DNA from: an uncultured delta proteobacterium
GTDB lineage: Bacteria > Myxococcota > Kuafuiibacteriia > Kuafuiibacteriales > Kuafuiibacteriaceae
Reading direction: 5' to 3'
Assembly (NCBI GenBank): GCA_963803435.1
Contig: CAWDML010000001.1
Span: forward strand, 544,001 to 608,000
Length of the DNA stretch: 64,000 bases
Shown here: positions 40,162 to 49,754 of the stretch, in pieces
Layout of the letters: each line of letters begins with the position of its first letter
How positions within the stretch are numbered: position 1 is the stretch's first letter
Notes under the pieces: model-generated
What the model was told of the DNA's origin: nothing
The model's database searches: none
What the model saw: only the letters and a program-made list of their open reading frames with translations
Translations under genes and position numbers: made by a program

Positions 40162-41154
40162 ATGGACTTCCTCGACTTCTACGAGCTGAACCAGGAGCCG
40201 TTCTCGAACGCGCCCGTGAGTCGCTTCTACTACGACTCCGCCCAGCACAGTCAGGCCATGGTCCGACTGATGTACGCGCTCAGCGGGATGAAGGGCCTCG
40301 CCTTGCTGATCGGCCAGATCGGCGCGGGCAAGACCACGCTCGCGCGGCGGGTGCTCGATTCGCTCGACGAGCGCGAGTACGAGGCGGCGCTCCTGGTGAT
40401 CATCCACCGCGACGTCACGAACGACTGGCTCCTGCGGCGGCTGGCGGTGCAGCTCGGGGTGGAGCAGCCCGCGCAGGAGAAGCTGCCGCTCTTGGCGCAG
40501 CTGTACCGGCGCCTGGTCGAGATCTACGAGTCGGGGAAGAAGGCGGTCGTCCTGATCGACGAGGCCCAGATGCTGGCGACGCAGGAGCTCATGGAGGAGT
40601 TCCGCGGCCTGCTCAACCTGGAGGTCCCCGAGCGCAAGCTCCTCTCCTTTGTCTTCTTCGGGCTGCCCGAGATCGAGGACAACCTCAAGAAGGATCCGCC
40701 GCTGCTCCAGCGCGTCGCGATCCGCGTGCGCCTGGAGCCGTTCGACCTCCAGTCGACCGACGCGTACATCCGTCATCGCCTCCGGCTGGCAGGGGCGCAG
40801 CGCCGCGTGATGGACAACGAGGCCATCCGTCTCATCTACAAGGCCTCCGGCGGCGTCCCGCGGCTGATCAACACGATCTGCGACAACGCGCTGCTCGAGG
40901 GCGCGCTGGCGCGGGCCCAGGTGATCGGTCCGGATCTGATCCGCAACATCGCGCGCAACCTGTCCCTGCCGACGGACGAGCCGGTGTCAACGTCGGACTA
41001 CGGGAAGGCCGACCCGGGGGCGAGCCATCTCCCCACGATCATTCCCGGTGCGCCTGCCTCCTCCCCGCCCGAGCCGCCCAGCGGACCCGCGGCCACCGAG
41101 CTCGCCCTCGACGAGATCGATCGGGTCTTGGCCGCCCTGGGGAAGCTCGGTTAA
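40162..41154 (+). CDS. ExeA/GspA-family AAA ATPase
   Basis: LNQEPFSNAP, GQIGAGKTT, LIDEAQML, FGLPE, YIRHRL and SGGVPRLINTICDNALL. Confidence 0.92.
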   Translation: MDFLDFYELNQEPFSNAPVSRFYYDSAQHSQAMVRLMYALSGMKGLALLIGQIGAGKTTLARRVLDSLDEREYEAALLVIIHRDVTNDWLLRRLAVQLGVEQPAQEKLPLLAQLYRRLVEIYESGKKAVVLIDEAQMLATQELMEEFRGLLNLEVPERKLLSFVFFGLPEIEDNLKKDPPLLQRVAIRVRLEPFDLQSTDAYIRHRLRLAGAQRRVMDNEAIRLIYKASGGVPRLINTICDNALLEGALARAQVIGPDLIRNIARNLSLPTDEPVSTSDYGKADPGASHLPTIIPGAPASSPPEPPSGPAATELALDEIDRVLAALGKLG

Positions 41155-41166
41155 GGTCCCCGGCCT

Positions 41167-42564
41167 ATGACAGCTCGAAAGGTCGTGGTCGGGGGCACCG
41201 TTCTGACCGCAGCGGACGAATACAAGGCCGACGTCATCGTCGAGGACGACAAGATCACCGGCATCGTCAAGCCGGGCTCAGGCCCGGCCGACGCGGAGAA
41301 GATCGACGCCAAGGGCTGCTACGTGATGCCCGGCGGCATCGACGCCCACACCCACCTCGACATGCCGTTCGGCGGCACGGTCTCCGCCGACGACTTCGAG
41401 TCGGGCACCATCGCCGCCGCGTTCGGCGGGACCACCACCATCATCGACTTCGCCATCCAGCAGAAGGGCGGCTCGCTCCGCGCAGGCGCTCGACACCTGG
41501 CACGGCAAGGCCGAGGGCAAGGCGGCGATCGACTACGGCTTCCACATGATCGCGACCGACCTGCCGGCCGCCGAGCTCCAGGCGATGAAGGACATCGTCC
41601 GACGAGGGCGTCACCAGCTTCAAGCTGTTCATGGCGTATCCGGGCGTGCTGCTCCTCGACGATCAATCGATCTTCCGCGCATGCTGCGCGCCGGCGAGAT
41701 CGGCGCGCTGATCACGATGCACGCCGAGACCGGGCTGCCCATCGACGTGCTCGTCGAGCGGGCGCTCGCCGCCGGCAACACGGCGCCGATCTATCACGCC
41801 CTCACCCGCCCGCAGGTGGCGGAGGCGACCGGCACCGAGCGGGCGATCGCGCTGGCCGAGATGGCGAACGTGCCCGTCTACATCGTGCACCTGTCGGCCG
41901 AGCGCGCCCTCGAGCGCGTGATGGAGGCCCGCGACCGCGGCCTGCCGGCGTACGCCGAGACCTGCCCGCAGTACCTCTTCCTCAGCGAGGACGATCTGCG
42001 CGGTACGCCCGAGGATCGCTTCCAGGGCGCGAAGTACGTGTGCACGCCGCCGCTCCGGCCGCACCACCACCATGAGCCACCTCTGGCGCGGCCTGCGGAA
42101 CTACGATCTCCAGGTGGTCGCGACCGACCACTGTCCGTTCTGCTTGAAGGGGCAGAAGGAGCTCGGCCGCGACAGCTTCGCCAAGATCCCCAACGGCATG
42201 CCCGGCGTCGAGACGCGCCTACACCTGCTCTGGGACGCGGTCCGGCAGGGCAAGATCTCGATGAACCGCTTCGTCGAGATCACTTCGACCGCGCCCGCGA
42301 AGATCTTCGGCATGTACCCGCGCAAGGGCTCGGTCGCGATCGGCTGCCGACGCCGATCTGGTGGTGTGGGATCCGGAGAAGCGGCTCCGCCTGTCGCAGG
42401 AGAACCTGCACATGCGGGTCGACTACGCGGCCTATCCGGACAAGGAGGTGATCGGCGCGCCCCGCACGGTCCTCTCCCGCGGTGAGACCGTGATCCACGA
42501 CTCCAAGCTCCTGGGGAAGCCGGGCCGCGGTCGGTTCATCAAGCGCGACCGCTTCAGCCTCTGA
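41167..42564 (+). pseudogene. hydA: dihydropyrimidinase / D-hydantoinase interrupted by five single-base indels (about 464 aa reconstructed; probably sequencing errors)
   Basis: PGGIDAHTH, DYGFH, SFKLFMAY (frame 41601-41678), MHAE, YIVHLS, ETCPQYL, ATDHCPF and ADADLVVWDP across frames. Indels near 41482, 41600, 41680, 42077 and 42345. Confidence 0.85.
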
Positions 42565-43276
42565 GCCGCGCCGCGTAGAGGCGCTCGTAGATCGGCTGCG
42601 CGTCGTCGACGATCGGCTGGAGGCGCGCCGGAATCTCCAGCGCTCGCGGCGAAGGGGGCTGAAAGCCCGTCGACGCCCACACCTTGTCGTACCAGTGCTT
42701 CGCCCACACGCCGTCGCTGTCGCGCGGCCCGGCCGGCCACGACAGCATCCGTTCGGAGAACGGGATCTGAAGGGCGGCGCAGAGCGCGGACAGCAGGCGG
42801 CGCGGATCCTCGAGGATGTCTCGGCTCTCGATCACCAGTGGCGGCACCTGGGCGCGGGCGGCCACCCAGTCGTAGATCTCGGCCTGCTGCGAGAAGCCGA
42901 GATCCTCGGCGGTCGGATTCGGGCGCGTCTTCGCGTAGGAGCTCAGCACCTCCGCCGGAGAGCGGATGAGGAAGCAGTGCACCATCGCGTCCATCCAGCC
43001 TCGCTCCACCTCCGGGAGCAGGTGATGGGTCATGTGCTTCTGGTACCAGATCGCCCTCCCCTTCGGGATGGGACCGACCAGGGCGCGCACGACGGCGCGC
43101 CAGTCGGTTGGCCCGGACGCGATCACCTCCTCGCGGCCCGGGTGATCGACGCCGGTGGTGGCCAGATAGTAGCCGTACAGCGGCTCGTCGACGACGGCGC
43201 AGTCCTCTCGGTTCTCGAACGCGCGCATCATCGCGGTGGAGATGTTGCGCGGTCCCGACCACATCGCGATCCTCAC
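42554..43276 (-). CDS. sulfotransferase-like P-loop protein (aminotransferase-IV-associated family)
   Basis: RIAMWSGPRNISTAMMRAF, DEPLY, YQKHMTHH, FLIRSP and WAKHWY; GTG overlaps the aminotransferase stop. Confidence 0.85.
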   Translation of the reverse strand: MRIAMWSGPRNISTAMMRAFENREDCAVVDEPLYGYYLATTGVDHPGREEVIASGPTDWRAVVRALVGPIPKGRAIWYQKHMTHHLLPEVERGWMDAMVHCFLIRSPAEVLSSYAKTRPNPTAEDLGFSQQAEIYDWVAARAQVPPLVIESRDILEDPRRLLSALCAALQIPFSERMLSWPAGPRDSDGVWAKHWYDKVWASTGFQPPSPRALEIPARLQPIVDDAQPIYERLYAARLRG

Positions 43277-44184
43277 GGCGGACACTCTCTCTCGATCAGC
43301 TCGTGGTAATGGAGCCGGAGCTCGGAGGTCAGAGGGCCGGGCACGCCGTCGCCGATGCGACGGCCGTCGACCTCGCGCACCGGCGTGACGCCGCCGAAGG
43401 TCCCGGTCACGAAGGACTCGTCGGCGTCGTAGACCTCGGTGAGCGAGAAGTCGCGCTCGTGGGCGGGCACGCCGTGGGTCCGGGCGACCTCCAGGATCTT
43501 CGCCCGCGTCACGCCGCGCAGGCAGTAGCGCCCGGTGGAGGTGAAGAGCGCCCCCCGCTTCACGATGAAGAAGTTGGTCGAGTTGCAGGTGGCGACGAAG
43601 CCGTGCGGATCGAGCATCAGGCCCTCGTCGGCCCCGGCCTTGGCGGCCTGGATGCAGGCGACGATGCAGTTGAGCTTCGAGTGCGAGTTCCACCCGGGAT
43701 CCTGCACGTCGGGCGGCCCGCGGCGCACGTGCACCGTGAAGAGCGACAGGCCCCGGCGGAAGAGCTCGGGATCCGGCACCTTGTGCTCGGCGATGATCAC
43801 GACGGTGGGCCCGCCGACGTTGACCGACGGGCCCTGAAAGGGCGTCGACTTCAACCCGCGCGTGACCATCAGGCGGATGTGCACGTCGCCGATCATCCCG
43901 TTGGCCTCGGTGGTCTCGAGGATCGCGCGGGCGAGCTCGTCCTTCGTGAGCCCGATGTCGAGGTCGATCGCCTTGGCGCCTTGAAAGAGTCGGTCCAGAT
44001 GATCGCGGGCGAACGCCAGCTTGCCGTTGTGGAGGCGGAGGCCCTCCCAGACGCCGTCGCCCATGAGGAAGCCCGAGTCGAAGACCGAGACCACCGCCTC
44101 GCCCCGCGGGGTCAGACGGCCGTTGACGTAGACCAGGACGTGCAAGTTCCTCGGGTCGGCTCGGTGGGCGTGGGTTCCGGTCAT
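43273..44184 (-). CDS. class IV (branched-chain / D-amino acid) aminotransferase
   Basis: VSVFDSGFLMGDGVWEG, HLDRL, NSHSKLN, GADEGLM, LRGVTR and ADESFVTGT. Confidence 0.92.
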   Translation of the reverse strand: MTGTHAHRADPRNLHVLVYVNGRLTPRGEAVVSVFDSGFLMGDGVWEGLRLHNGKLAFARDHLDRLFQGAKAIDLDIGLTKDELARAILETTEANGMIGDVHIRLMVTRGLKSTPFQGPSVNVGGPTVVIIAEHKVPDPELFRRGLSLFTVHVRRGPPDVQDPGWNSHSKLNCIVACIQAAKAGADEGLMLDPHGFVATCNSTNFFIVKRGALFTSTGRYCLRGVTRAKILEVARTHGVPAHERDFSLTEVYDADESFVTGTFGGVTPVREVDGRRIGDGVPGPLTSELRLHYHELIERECPP

Positions 44185-44194
44185 CGACTGGCTC

Positions 44195-46306
44195 CTAGGC
44201 GCGACGCATGCTCAGCGAGATCCGACGTCGTGCGGTGTCCACTTCCAGCACCCTCACCTGGACCCGCTGGCCCACCTGCACCACCTCGTTGGGATCCTTC
44301 ACGAAGCGATCGGCGAGCTGGGAGACGTGGACCAGGCCGTCCTGATGGACGCCCACGTCGACGAACGCGCCGAAGGCGGCCACGTTGGTGACCACGCCCT
44401 CGAGGACCATCCCGCGCTCGAGATGCTCCAGCTCGGTGACGTCCTCGCGAAACGCCGGCCGCTCGAACTCCGCCCGGGGATCGCGGCCCGGCTTGACCAG
44501 CTCCTCGAGGATGTCGTCGAGCGTGAGGGCGCCCGCCTCCGCGGCGTACCGCTTGCGATCGATCCGCTTCACCAGCGCGCCGTTGCCGACCAGGTCCTGG
44601 AGCCGGACCGACAGGTCCTTCGCGATCCGCTCGACCAGCGCGTAGCGCTCCGGATGCACCGCGGAGGCGTCGAGCGGGTGCTCGCCGCCCCGGATCCGGA
44701 GGAAGCCGGCCGCCTGCTCGTACGCCTTGGGGCCGAGCCCCGAGACCGCGAGCAGCGACTCCCGGCGGCGGAACGCGCCCTTCTTCTCCCGGTGGGCCAC
44801 GATCTTCTTCGCCAGCTTGGGCCCGATCCCCGCGACATGCGTGAGGAGCGCGGCGCTCGCGGTGTTGAGATCGACGCCCACGTGGTTCACGCAGCTCTCC
44901 ACCACCTCCTCGAGCTTGCCCGAGAGCATCTTCTGATCGACGTCGTGCTGGTACTGCCCGACGCCGATCGCCTTCGGGTCGATCTTCACCAGCTCCGCCA
45001 GCGGGTCCTGCAGGCGGCGGGCGATCGAGATCGCGCCGCGCACCGTCAGGTCGAGCTCGGGGAACTCCTCGCGCGCCAGGTCCGACGCCGAGTACACGCT
45101 GGCGCCCGCCTCGTTCACCTGGACCACGAAGGTCTCCGCGGAGCCACCCTCGGCGAGGACGCTCTTCACGAACGCCTCCGCCTCGCGGCTGCCGGTGCCG
45201 TTCCCGATCGCGATCGCCTCGGGACGGTGCGAACGGACCAACCTCGAGAGCGTCTTCTTCGCCTCGGCGATCCCGCGCTCCGCGGTGAGATGGAGCGTCG
45301 CGTTCTCGACGAACCTCCCGGTCCCGTCGATCACCGCGCACTTGCACCCGGTCCGCAGGCCCGGGTCCACGCCGATCACCCGCTTGCCGCCGAACGGCGG
45401 GGCCAGCAGCAGGGTGCGGACGTTGCGGGCGAAGATCTCGACGGCCTCGCGATCGGCGCGGTCCTTGAGCCGCCCGCGGAGCTCGTTCTCCAGGCTGGGG
45501 AGCAAGAGGCGCACCACCCCGTCCTCGAGCGCCTGCATGAGCTGAGCGGCGAAGGGGGAGGCCCGGTCGACCCGCACGCCCGAGAGCGCGGCGCCCACCG
45601 CCTCCTTCTGGTCCACCTCGACGCCGACCTTGAGGATGCCCTCCTCCTCCCCGCGGCGGATCGCGAGGTAGCGGTGCGAGGGGATCTTCGCCACCGGCTC
45701 CCGATAGTCGTAGTAGTCCTCGAACTTGCTCCGCTCCTTCGCCTTGCCGCGGGCGGCCCTGGACGTGACGAGCCCCTTCGTCTCCTGAAGGTGCCTGAGC
45801 GCGGCCCGCACCCGCGCATCCTCGGCGATCCGCTCCGCCAGGATGTCCCGCGCGCCGGCCAGATCCTCCGGGGTCTCGGCCGAGGGATCCCCGGTTCGCG
45901 GCTGGGCCCAGATCCGATCGGCCAGCGGAAGCAGTCCGCGCTCTATGGCGATCGATGCCCGTGTCCGCCGCTTCTTCTTGTAAGGCAGGTACAGATCCTC
46001 GAGCTCCGCCTTGGTCCGGGCCCCCTCGATCTGCTTCCGGAGGGCCTCGGTGAGCGTCCCTTGCTCACCGATCGCCTCGAGGATCGCGGTCCTCCGCTGC
46101 TCCAGCTCGATCAGATAGTTTCGCCGCTCCTCGATCGCCCTGATCTGGACCTCGTCCAGCCCGCCGGTGGCCTCTTTGCGGTAGCGGGCGATGAAAGGGA
46201 CCGTATTGTCGGCCTCGAGCAGCCCGATCACCTGCTCGACCCGAGCCGGTGCGACCGAGAGCTCCTGCGCAATCTGGGGGACGGGATCGAAGTCGCGGGG
46301 CGACAT
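44195..46306 (-). CDS. tex: Tex-family RNA-binding transcriptional accessory protein
   Basis: TVPFIARYRKE.TG.LDE, LEDLYLPYK, DPGLRTGCK, NEAGASVYSAS, IGVGQYQHD and a C-terminal S1 domain. Confidence 0.96.
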   Translation of the reverse strand: MSPRDFDPVPQIAQELSVAPARVEQVIGLLEADNTVPFIARYRKEATGGLDEVQIRAIEERRNYLIELEQRRTAILEAIGEQGTLTEALRKQIEGARTKAELEDLYLPYKKKRRTRASIAIERGLLPLADRIWAQPRTGDPSAETPEDLAGARDILAERIAEDARVRAALRHLQETKGLVTSRAARGKAKERSKFEDYYDYREPVAKIPSHRYLAIRRGEEEGILKVGVEVDQKEAVGAALSGVRVDRASPFAAQLMQALEDGVVRLLLPSLENELRGRLKDRADREAVEIFARNVRTLLLAPPFGGKRVIGVDPGLRTGCKCAVIDGTGRFVENATLHLTAERGIAEAKKTLSRLVRSHRPEAIAIGNGTGSREAEAFVKSVLAEGGSAETFVVQVNEAGASVYSASDLAREEFPELDLTVRGAISIARRLQDPLAELVKIDPKAIGVGQYQHDVDQKMLSGKLEEVVESCVNHVGVDLNTASAALLTHVAGIGPKLAKKIVAHREKKGAFRRRESLLAVSGLGPKAYEQAAGFLRIRGGEHPLDASAVHPERYALVERIAKDLSVRLQDLVGNGALVKRIDRKRYAAEAGALTLDDILEELVKPGRDPRAEFERPAFREDVTELEHLERGMVLEGVVTNVAAFGAFVDVGVHQDGLVHVSQLADRFVKDPNEVVQVGQRVQVRVLEVDTARRRISLSMRRA

Positions 46307-46326
46307 GGGTTGGGGAGCCTACCACA

Positions 46327-46399
46327 TTGACAGGCCGCGCTGTCGGCGTAAGACCATTCATCGGATGAACGCTCGTTCATCTCCTGAACGGAGAGTTCA
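46327..46399 (+). promoter_or_regulatory. putative sigma70 -35 (TTGACA) and tandem TGAAC-N4/5-GTTCA TetR operators overlapping the tetR start
   Basis: TTGACA at 46327-32; perfect inverted repeat GATGAACG-CT-CGTTCATC at 46364-81; second repeat TGAAC-N5-GTTCA at 46385-99. The -10 element is weak. Confidence 0.55.
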
Positions 46400-46982
46400 G
46401 CGGTTGCGGGATCGGCAGCGGGAGGAGACCTCCGCCGCCATCCTGCGAGCGGCCGAAATCGTGTTTGGGGAGCAAGGCATCCACCGGGCTGGCATGAGCG
46501 AGATCGCCGCCCGTGCCGGCGTGGCCGTCGGCACGCTGTACAACCACTTCGCGGACCGCGACGCGCTCCTCACCGGCCTGTACGACCTGCATCGCCGCGA
46601 GCTGATCGAACAGCTCGACGCGCTCGAGGCCGAACCCTCGAGCGGCGTCTTCGCGGACGATCTGTCTGCGCTCCTCCGGACGCTGTTCTCCAACTTCGAG
46701 ACCCACCGCTCCTTCTTCTCCCTGATCTTCCAGGGCGAGCACAGCGGCCTCAAGAAGCCGAGCGCGACCGCCCAGGTCGTGCGCACGCGCGTCGAGAAGC
46801 TGATGCGGCGGGGGCTGCGCCAGAAGGTCCTTCGCGCCCGGCCCGCCAAGCTCTACGCGATCTTCTTGATGGGCCTGGTCCGCGGCACGCTGATCCAGCA
46901 TCTCCACGGCGACCCGATCCGCGATCTCGATCGCCGCGCCGACGAGATCGTCGACCTCTTCATCAACGGAGCGAAGCGATGA
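46365..46982 (+). CDS. TetR/AcrR-family transcriptional regulator
   Basis: ILRAAEIVFGEQG...MSEIAARAGVAVGTLYNHF helix-turn-helix. Confidence 0.95.
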   Translation: MNARSSPERRVQRLRDRQREETSAAILRAAEIVFGEQGIHRAGMSEIAARAGVAVGTLYNHFADRDALLTGLYDLHRRELIEQLDALEAEPSSGVFADDLSALLRTLFSNFETHRSFFSLIFQGEHSGLKKPSATAQVVRTRVEKLMRRGLRQKVLRARPAKLYAIFLMGLVRGTLIQHLHGDPIRDLDRRADEIVDLFINGAKR

Positions 46983-48568
46983 CCGCCGAACGTGCGCCCG
47001 TCAACAAGTGGCTCGTCACGATCTCGGTGACGTTCGGGACGCTGATGGGCGCGATCGACGCCTCGATCGTCAACGTCGCCGTCCCCCACCTCCGCGGCGC
47101 CGTCGGCGCCACCATCGAAGAGATCACCTGGGTCACCACCGGCTTCGTGATCGCGACGGTCCTGGTGATGCCGCTGACCGCGTTCCTGGGCCGGCTCTTC
47201 GGACAGAAGCGCGTCTACATGTTCGCGCTCTCGATGTTCGTGATCGGCTCGATCCTCTGCGGAATGACCCGCTCGCTGCCGGGGCTGGTGGCCTTCCGCG
47301 TGCTCCAGGGGCTGGGCGCCGGTGCGCTCCAACCGACCGAGCAAGCCATCCTGCGCCAGACGTTTCCGCCGGAGGAGCAGGGCATGGCGATGGCGCTGTT
47401 CGGGATGGCGGTCGTGCTCGGCCCCGCCTTCGGCCCGACGCTGGGCGGGTACATCGTCGACAACTACGCGTGGCCCTGGATCTTCTACATCAACGTCCCG
47501 GTGGGCGTGCTGGCGCTGTTCATGGTCTCGCGCTTCGTGCACGAGCCCGAGGACATCCGGAAGGCGAACCTGGCGGCCGCGGAGCAGCAGAAGAAGCACA
47601 TGGATTGGCTGGGGATCGCGCTCCTCACCATCGGCCTCTCCGCCATGCAGTACACGCTCGAGGAGGGAGGCAAGAACGACTGGTTCGACAGCTCCACCAT
47701 CACCACCACCGCGCTGATCGCCGTGTTCGTGCTGGCCGCCTTCGTGATCCGCGAGATGACGGCGCCGGTCCCGGCGGTCGACGTCTCGCTGTTCAAGGAC
47801 AAGGTGTTCACCTCCGGCACGCTGGTCGGCGCCATGATGTTCGCGATGCTCCTCTCGATCACTTTCCTCCTCCCGGTGTTCATGCAGGAGCTCCTCGGAT
47901 TCACGGCGATGCAGTCGGGGATCGCGCTGATGCCGCGCTCGCTGATGATGATGGTGGCGATGCCGATGGTGGGCAGGCTCTACAACCGCATCTCGCCGCG
48001 CCTCTTCGTCGCCTTCGGGATCCTGCTGTTCGCGATCACCGCCTACCAGATGAGCCACTACACGCTGGCGACCGGCGCCTGGGACGTCGTGGGCGTCCTC
48101 CTGATCCAGGGCGTCGCCTTCGCGTGCCTGTTCATCCCGCTGACCACCGTCGCGCTCAGCACCATCCCCCGCCACAAGCTCGCCGACGCGACCGGGCTCA
48201 ACTCCCTGCTCAGGCAGATCGGCGGCTCGATCGGCCTGGCCGTGTTCGCCTCGCTGATCCCGCGCTACAGCACGCAGGCCGCCAACGGGCTGGCGGCCCA
48301 GGTGACGACCAGCCGCCCCCCCGTGGTGGAGCGCTTCAACATGCTCGTGCAGGGGTTGATCGCGAACGGCTACGACGCCGTCACCGCCCACAGCGCCGCA
48401 GGTCGCATCATCGGTGGGATCGTCCGCCGTCAGGCGACCGTTCTGGCCTTCGAGAAGCTCTTCCTGGTCGCCGGGATCACGTTCCTCTGCGTGCTCCCCG
48501 TGCTGATCTTCCTGCGCTCACCGCATCACCAGGCGCGCCGGCCCGCCGATGCGCACATCGAGATTTGA
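46979..48568 (+). CDS. DHA2 (EmrB/QacA) MFS efflux permease
   Basis: IDASIVNVA, WVTTGF, FRVLQGLG, GPTLGG, WPWIFYINVPVG and LLRQIGGSIG; about 14 TM segments. Confidence 0.95.
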   Translation: MTAERAPVNKWLVTISVTFGTLMGAIDASIVNVAVPHLRGAVGATIEEITWVTTGFVIATVLVMPLTAFLGRLFGQKRVYMFALSMFVIGSILCGMTRSLPGLVAFRVLQGLGAGALQPTEQAILRQTFPPEEQGMAMALFGMAVVLGPAFGPTLGGYIVDNYAWPWIFYINVPVGVLALFMVSRFVHEPEDIRKANLAAAEQQKKHMDWLGIALLTIGLSAMQYTLEEGGKNDWFDSSTITTTALIAVFVLAAFVIREMTAPVPAVDVSLFKDKVFTSGTLVGAMMFAMLLSITFLLPVFMQELLGFTAMQSGIALMPRSLMMMVAMPMVGRLYNRISPRLFVAFGILLFAITAYQMSHYTLATGAWDVVGVLLIQGVAFACLFIPLTTVALSTIPRHKLADATGLNSLLRQIGGSIGLAVFASLIPRYSTQAANGLAAQVTTSRPPVVERFNMLVQGLIANGYDAVTAHSAAGRIIGGIVRRQATVLAFEKLFLVAGITFLCVLPVLIFLRSPHHQARRPADAHIEI

Positions 48569-48571
48569 ACC

Positions 48572-49753
48572 ATGGATACCGCAAAGAAACCCAGCGCCCG
48601 CCGCCCCCTCGCGATCCTGGGAGGGATCGCGGTGTTCGTGCTCGTCGTGATCGGCGGCTACCTCCTGTTCACCGCCGGTGAGCAACACACCGACGACGCG
48701 CAGGTCCGCGCGGACGTGATCCCGGTGGCGGCGCGCGTGGGCGGCCAGATCGTCCGGGTCGCCGTGATCGAGAACCAGATCGTCGCCAAGGGTGATCTGA
48801 TCGCGGAGATTGACGACCGCGACCTCGCCGCCAGGAAGGTGCAGGCCGAGGCCGAGCTGGCCATGGCGACCGCGCAGGGGAGCGCGGCCGACGCGCAGGT
48901 CGCGGTGGTGGAGGCGTCCTCGCGTGGCGGGCTCGCCAGCGCGCAGGCGATGTTCTCCGGATCGTCCGCCGGCGTCTCCACAGCCGAGGCACAGGTCGCG
49001 GCGGCCAAGGCGGCGGTGACACGTGCGGAGGCCGAGGGCCGCCGTGCCGAGGCCGACCTCGAGCGCGCCAAGAAGCTGCGCGAGGAGAACGCGGTGCCGC
49101 AGCAGCGGCTCGACGATGCGCGCGCCGCCCACGACTCGGCGCAGGCCAACATGGTGCTGGCGCGAGCTCAGCTCAACGCCGCCGAGGAGGCGAAACGCAG
49201 CGCGGAGGCGCGCGTGCACGAGGCCAAGGGACGCCTCACCCAGAGCGAGCCGATCGACGCCCAGATCGCGGCTGCCCGCGCCAACGCCGACCTCGCCCAC
49301 GCGAAGATCAAGGCGAGCGAAGCCGCCCTCGACCTGGCCGAGCTCCAGCTCTCCTATTGCAAGATCACGGCGCCGGCCGCCGGCAACGCCTCGCAGCTGG
49401 GCGTCCACGAGGGCCAGCTGGTGGGTCCGGGTCAACCGATCCTCCGGATCGTCCCCACGGAGACGTACGTGATCGCGAACTTCAAGGAGACCCAGATCGG
49501 CGAGATGAAGGCGGGTCAGCGGGCGGAGATCACGCTCGACGCGTTCCCGGGCACGAAGCTCGCGGGCAAGGTCGAGAGCCTCTCCGGAGGAACGGGTGCC
49601 AGCTTCTCGCTCCTGCCCGCCGACAACGCGACGGGAAACTTCGTCAAGGTCGTTCAGCGCGTACCGGTTCGCATCGCCTGGGATCGGACTCCGGAGAGCA
49701 TCGTGCTCCGCTCCGGGCTGTCCGCCGAAGTCACGGTCGACGTGGATCGCTGA
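48572..49753 (+). CDS. EmrA/HlyD-family membrane fusion protein
   Basis: TDDAQV, ANFKETQ and GASFSLLPADNATGNFVKVVQRVPVRI. Confidence 0.95.
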   Translation: MDTAKKPSARRPLAILGGIAVFVLVVIGGYLLFTAGEQHTDDAQVRADVIPVAARVGGQIVRVAVIENQIVAKGDLIAEIDDRDLAARKVQAEAELAMATAQGSAADAQVAVVEASSRGGLASAQAMFSGSSAGVSTAEAQVAAAKAAVTRAEAEGRRAEADLERAKKLREENAVPQQRLDDARAAHDSAQANMVLARAQLNAAEEAKRSAEARVHEAKGRLTQSEPIDAQIAAARANADLAHAKIKASEAALDLAELQLSYCKITAPAAGNASQLGVHEGQLVGPGQPILRIVPTETYVIANFKETQIGEMKAGQRAEITLDAFPGTKLAGKVESLSGGTGASFSLLPADNATGNFVKVVQRVPVRIAWDRTPESIVLRSGLSAEVTVDVDR

Positions 49754-49754
49754 G

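Noticed and set aside
41167-42564. Programmed frameshifting in the dihydropyrimidinase
   Set aside because: Five indels of mixed sign with no slippery runs; sequencing error is far more parsimonious.
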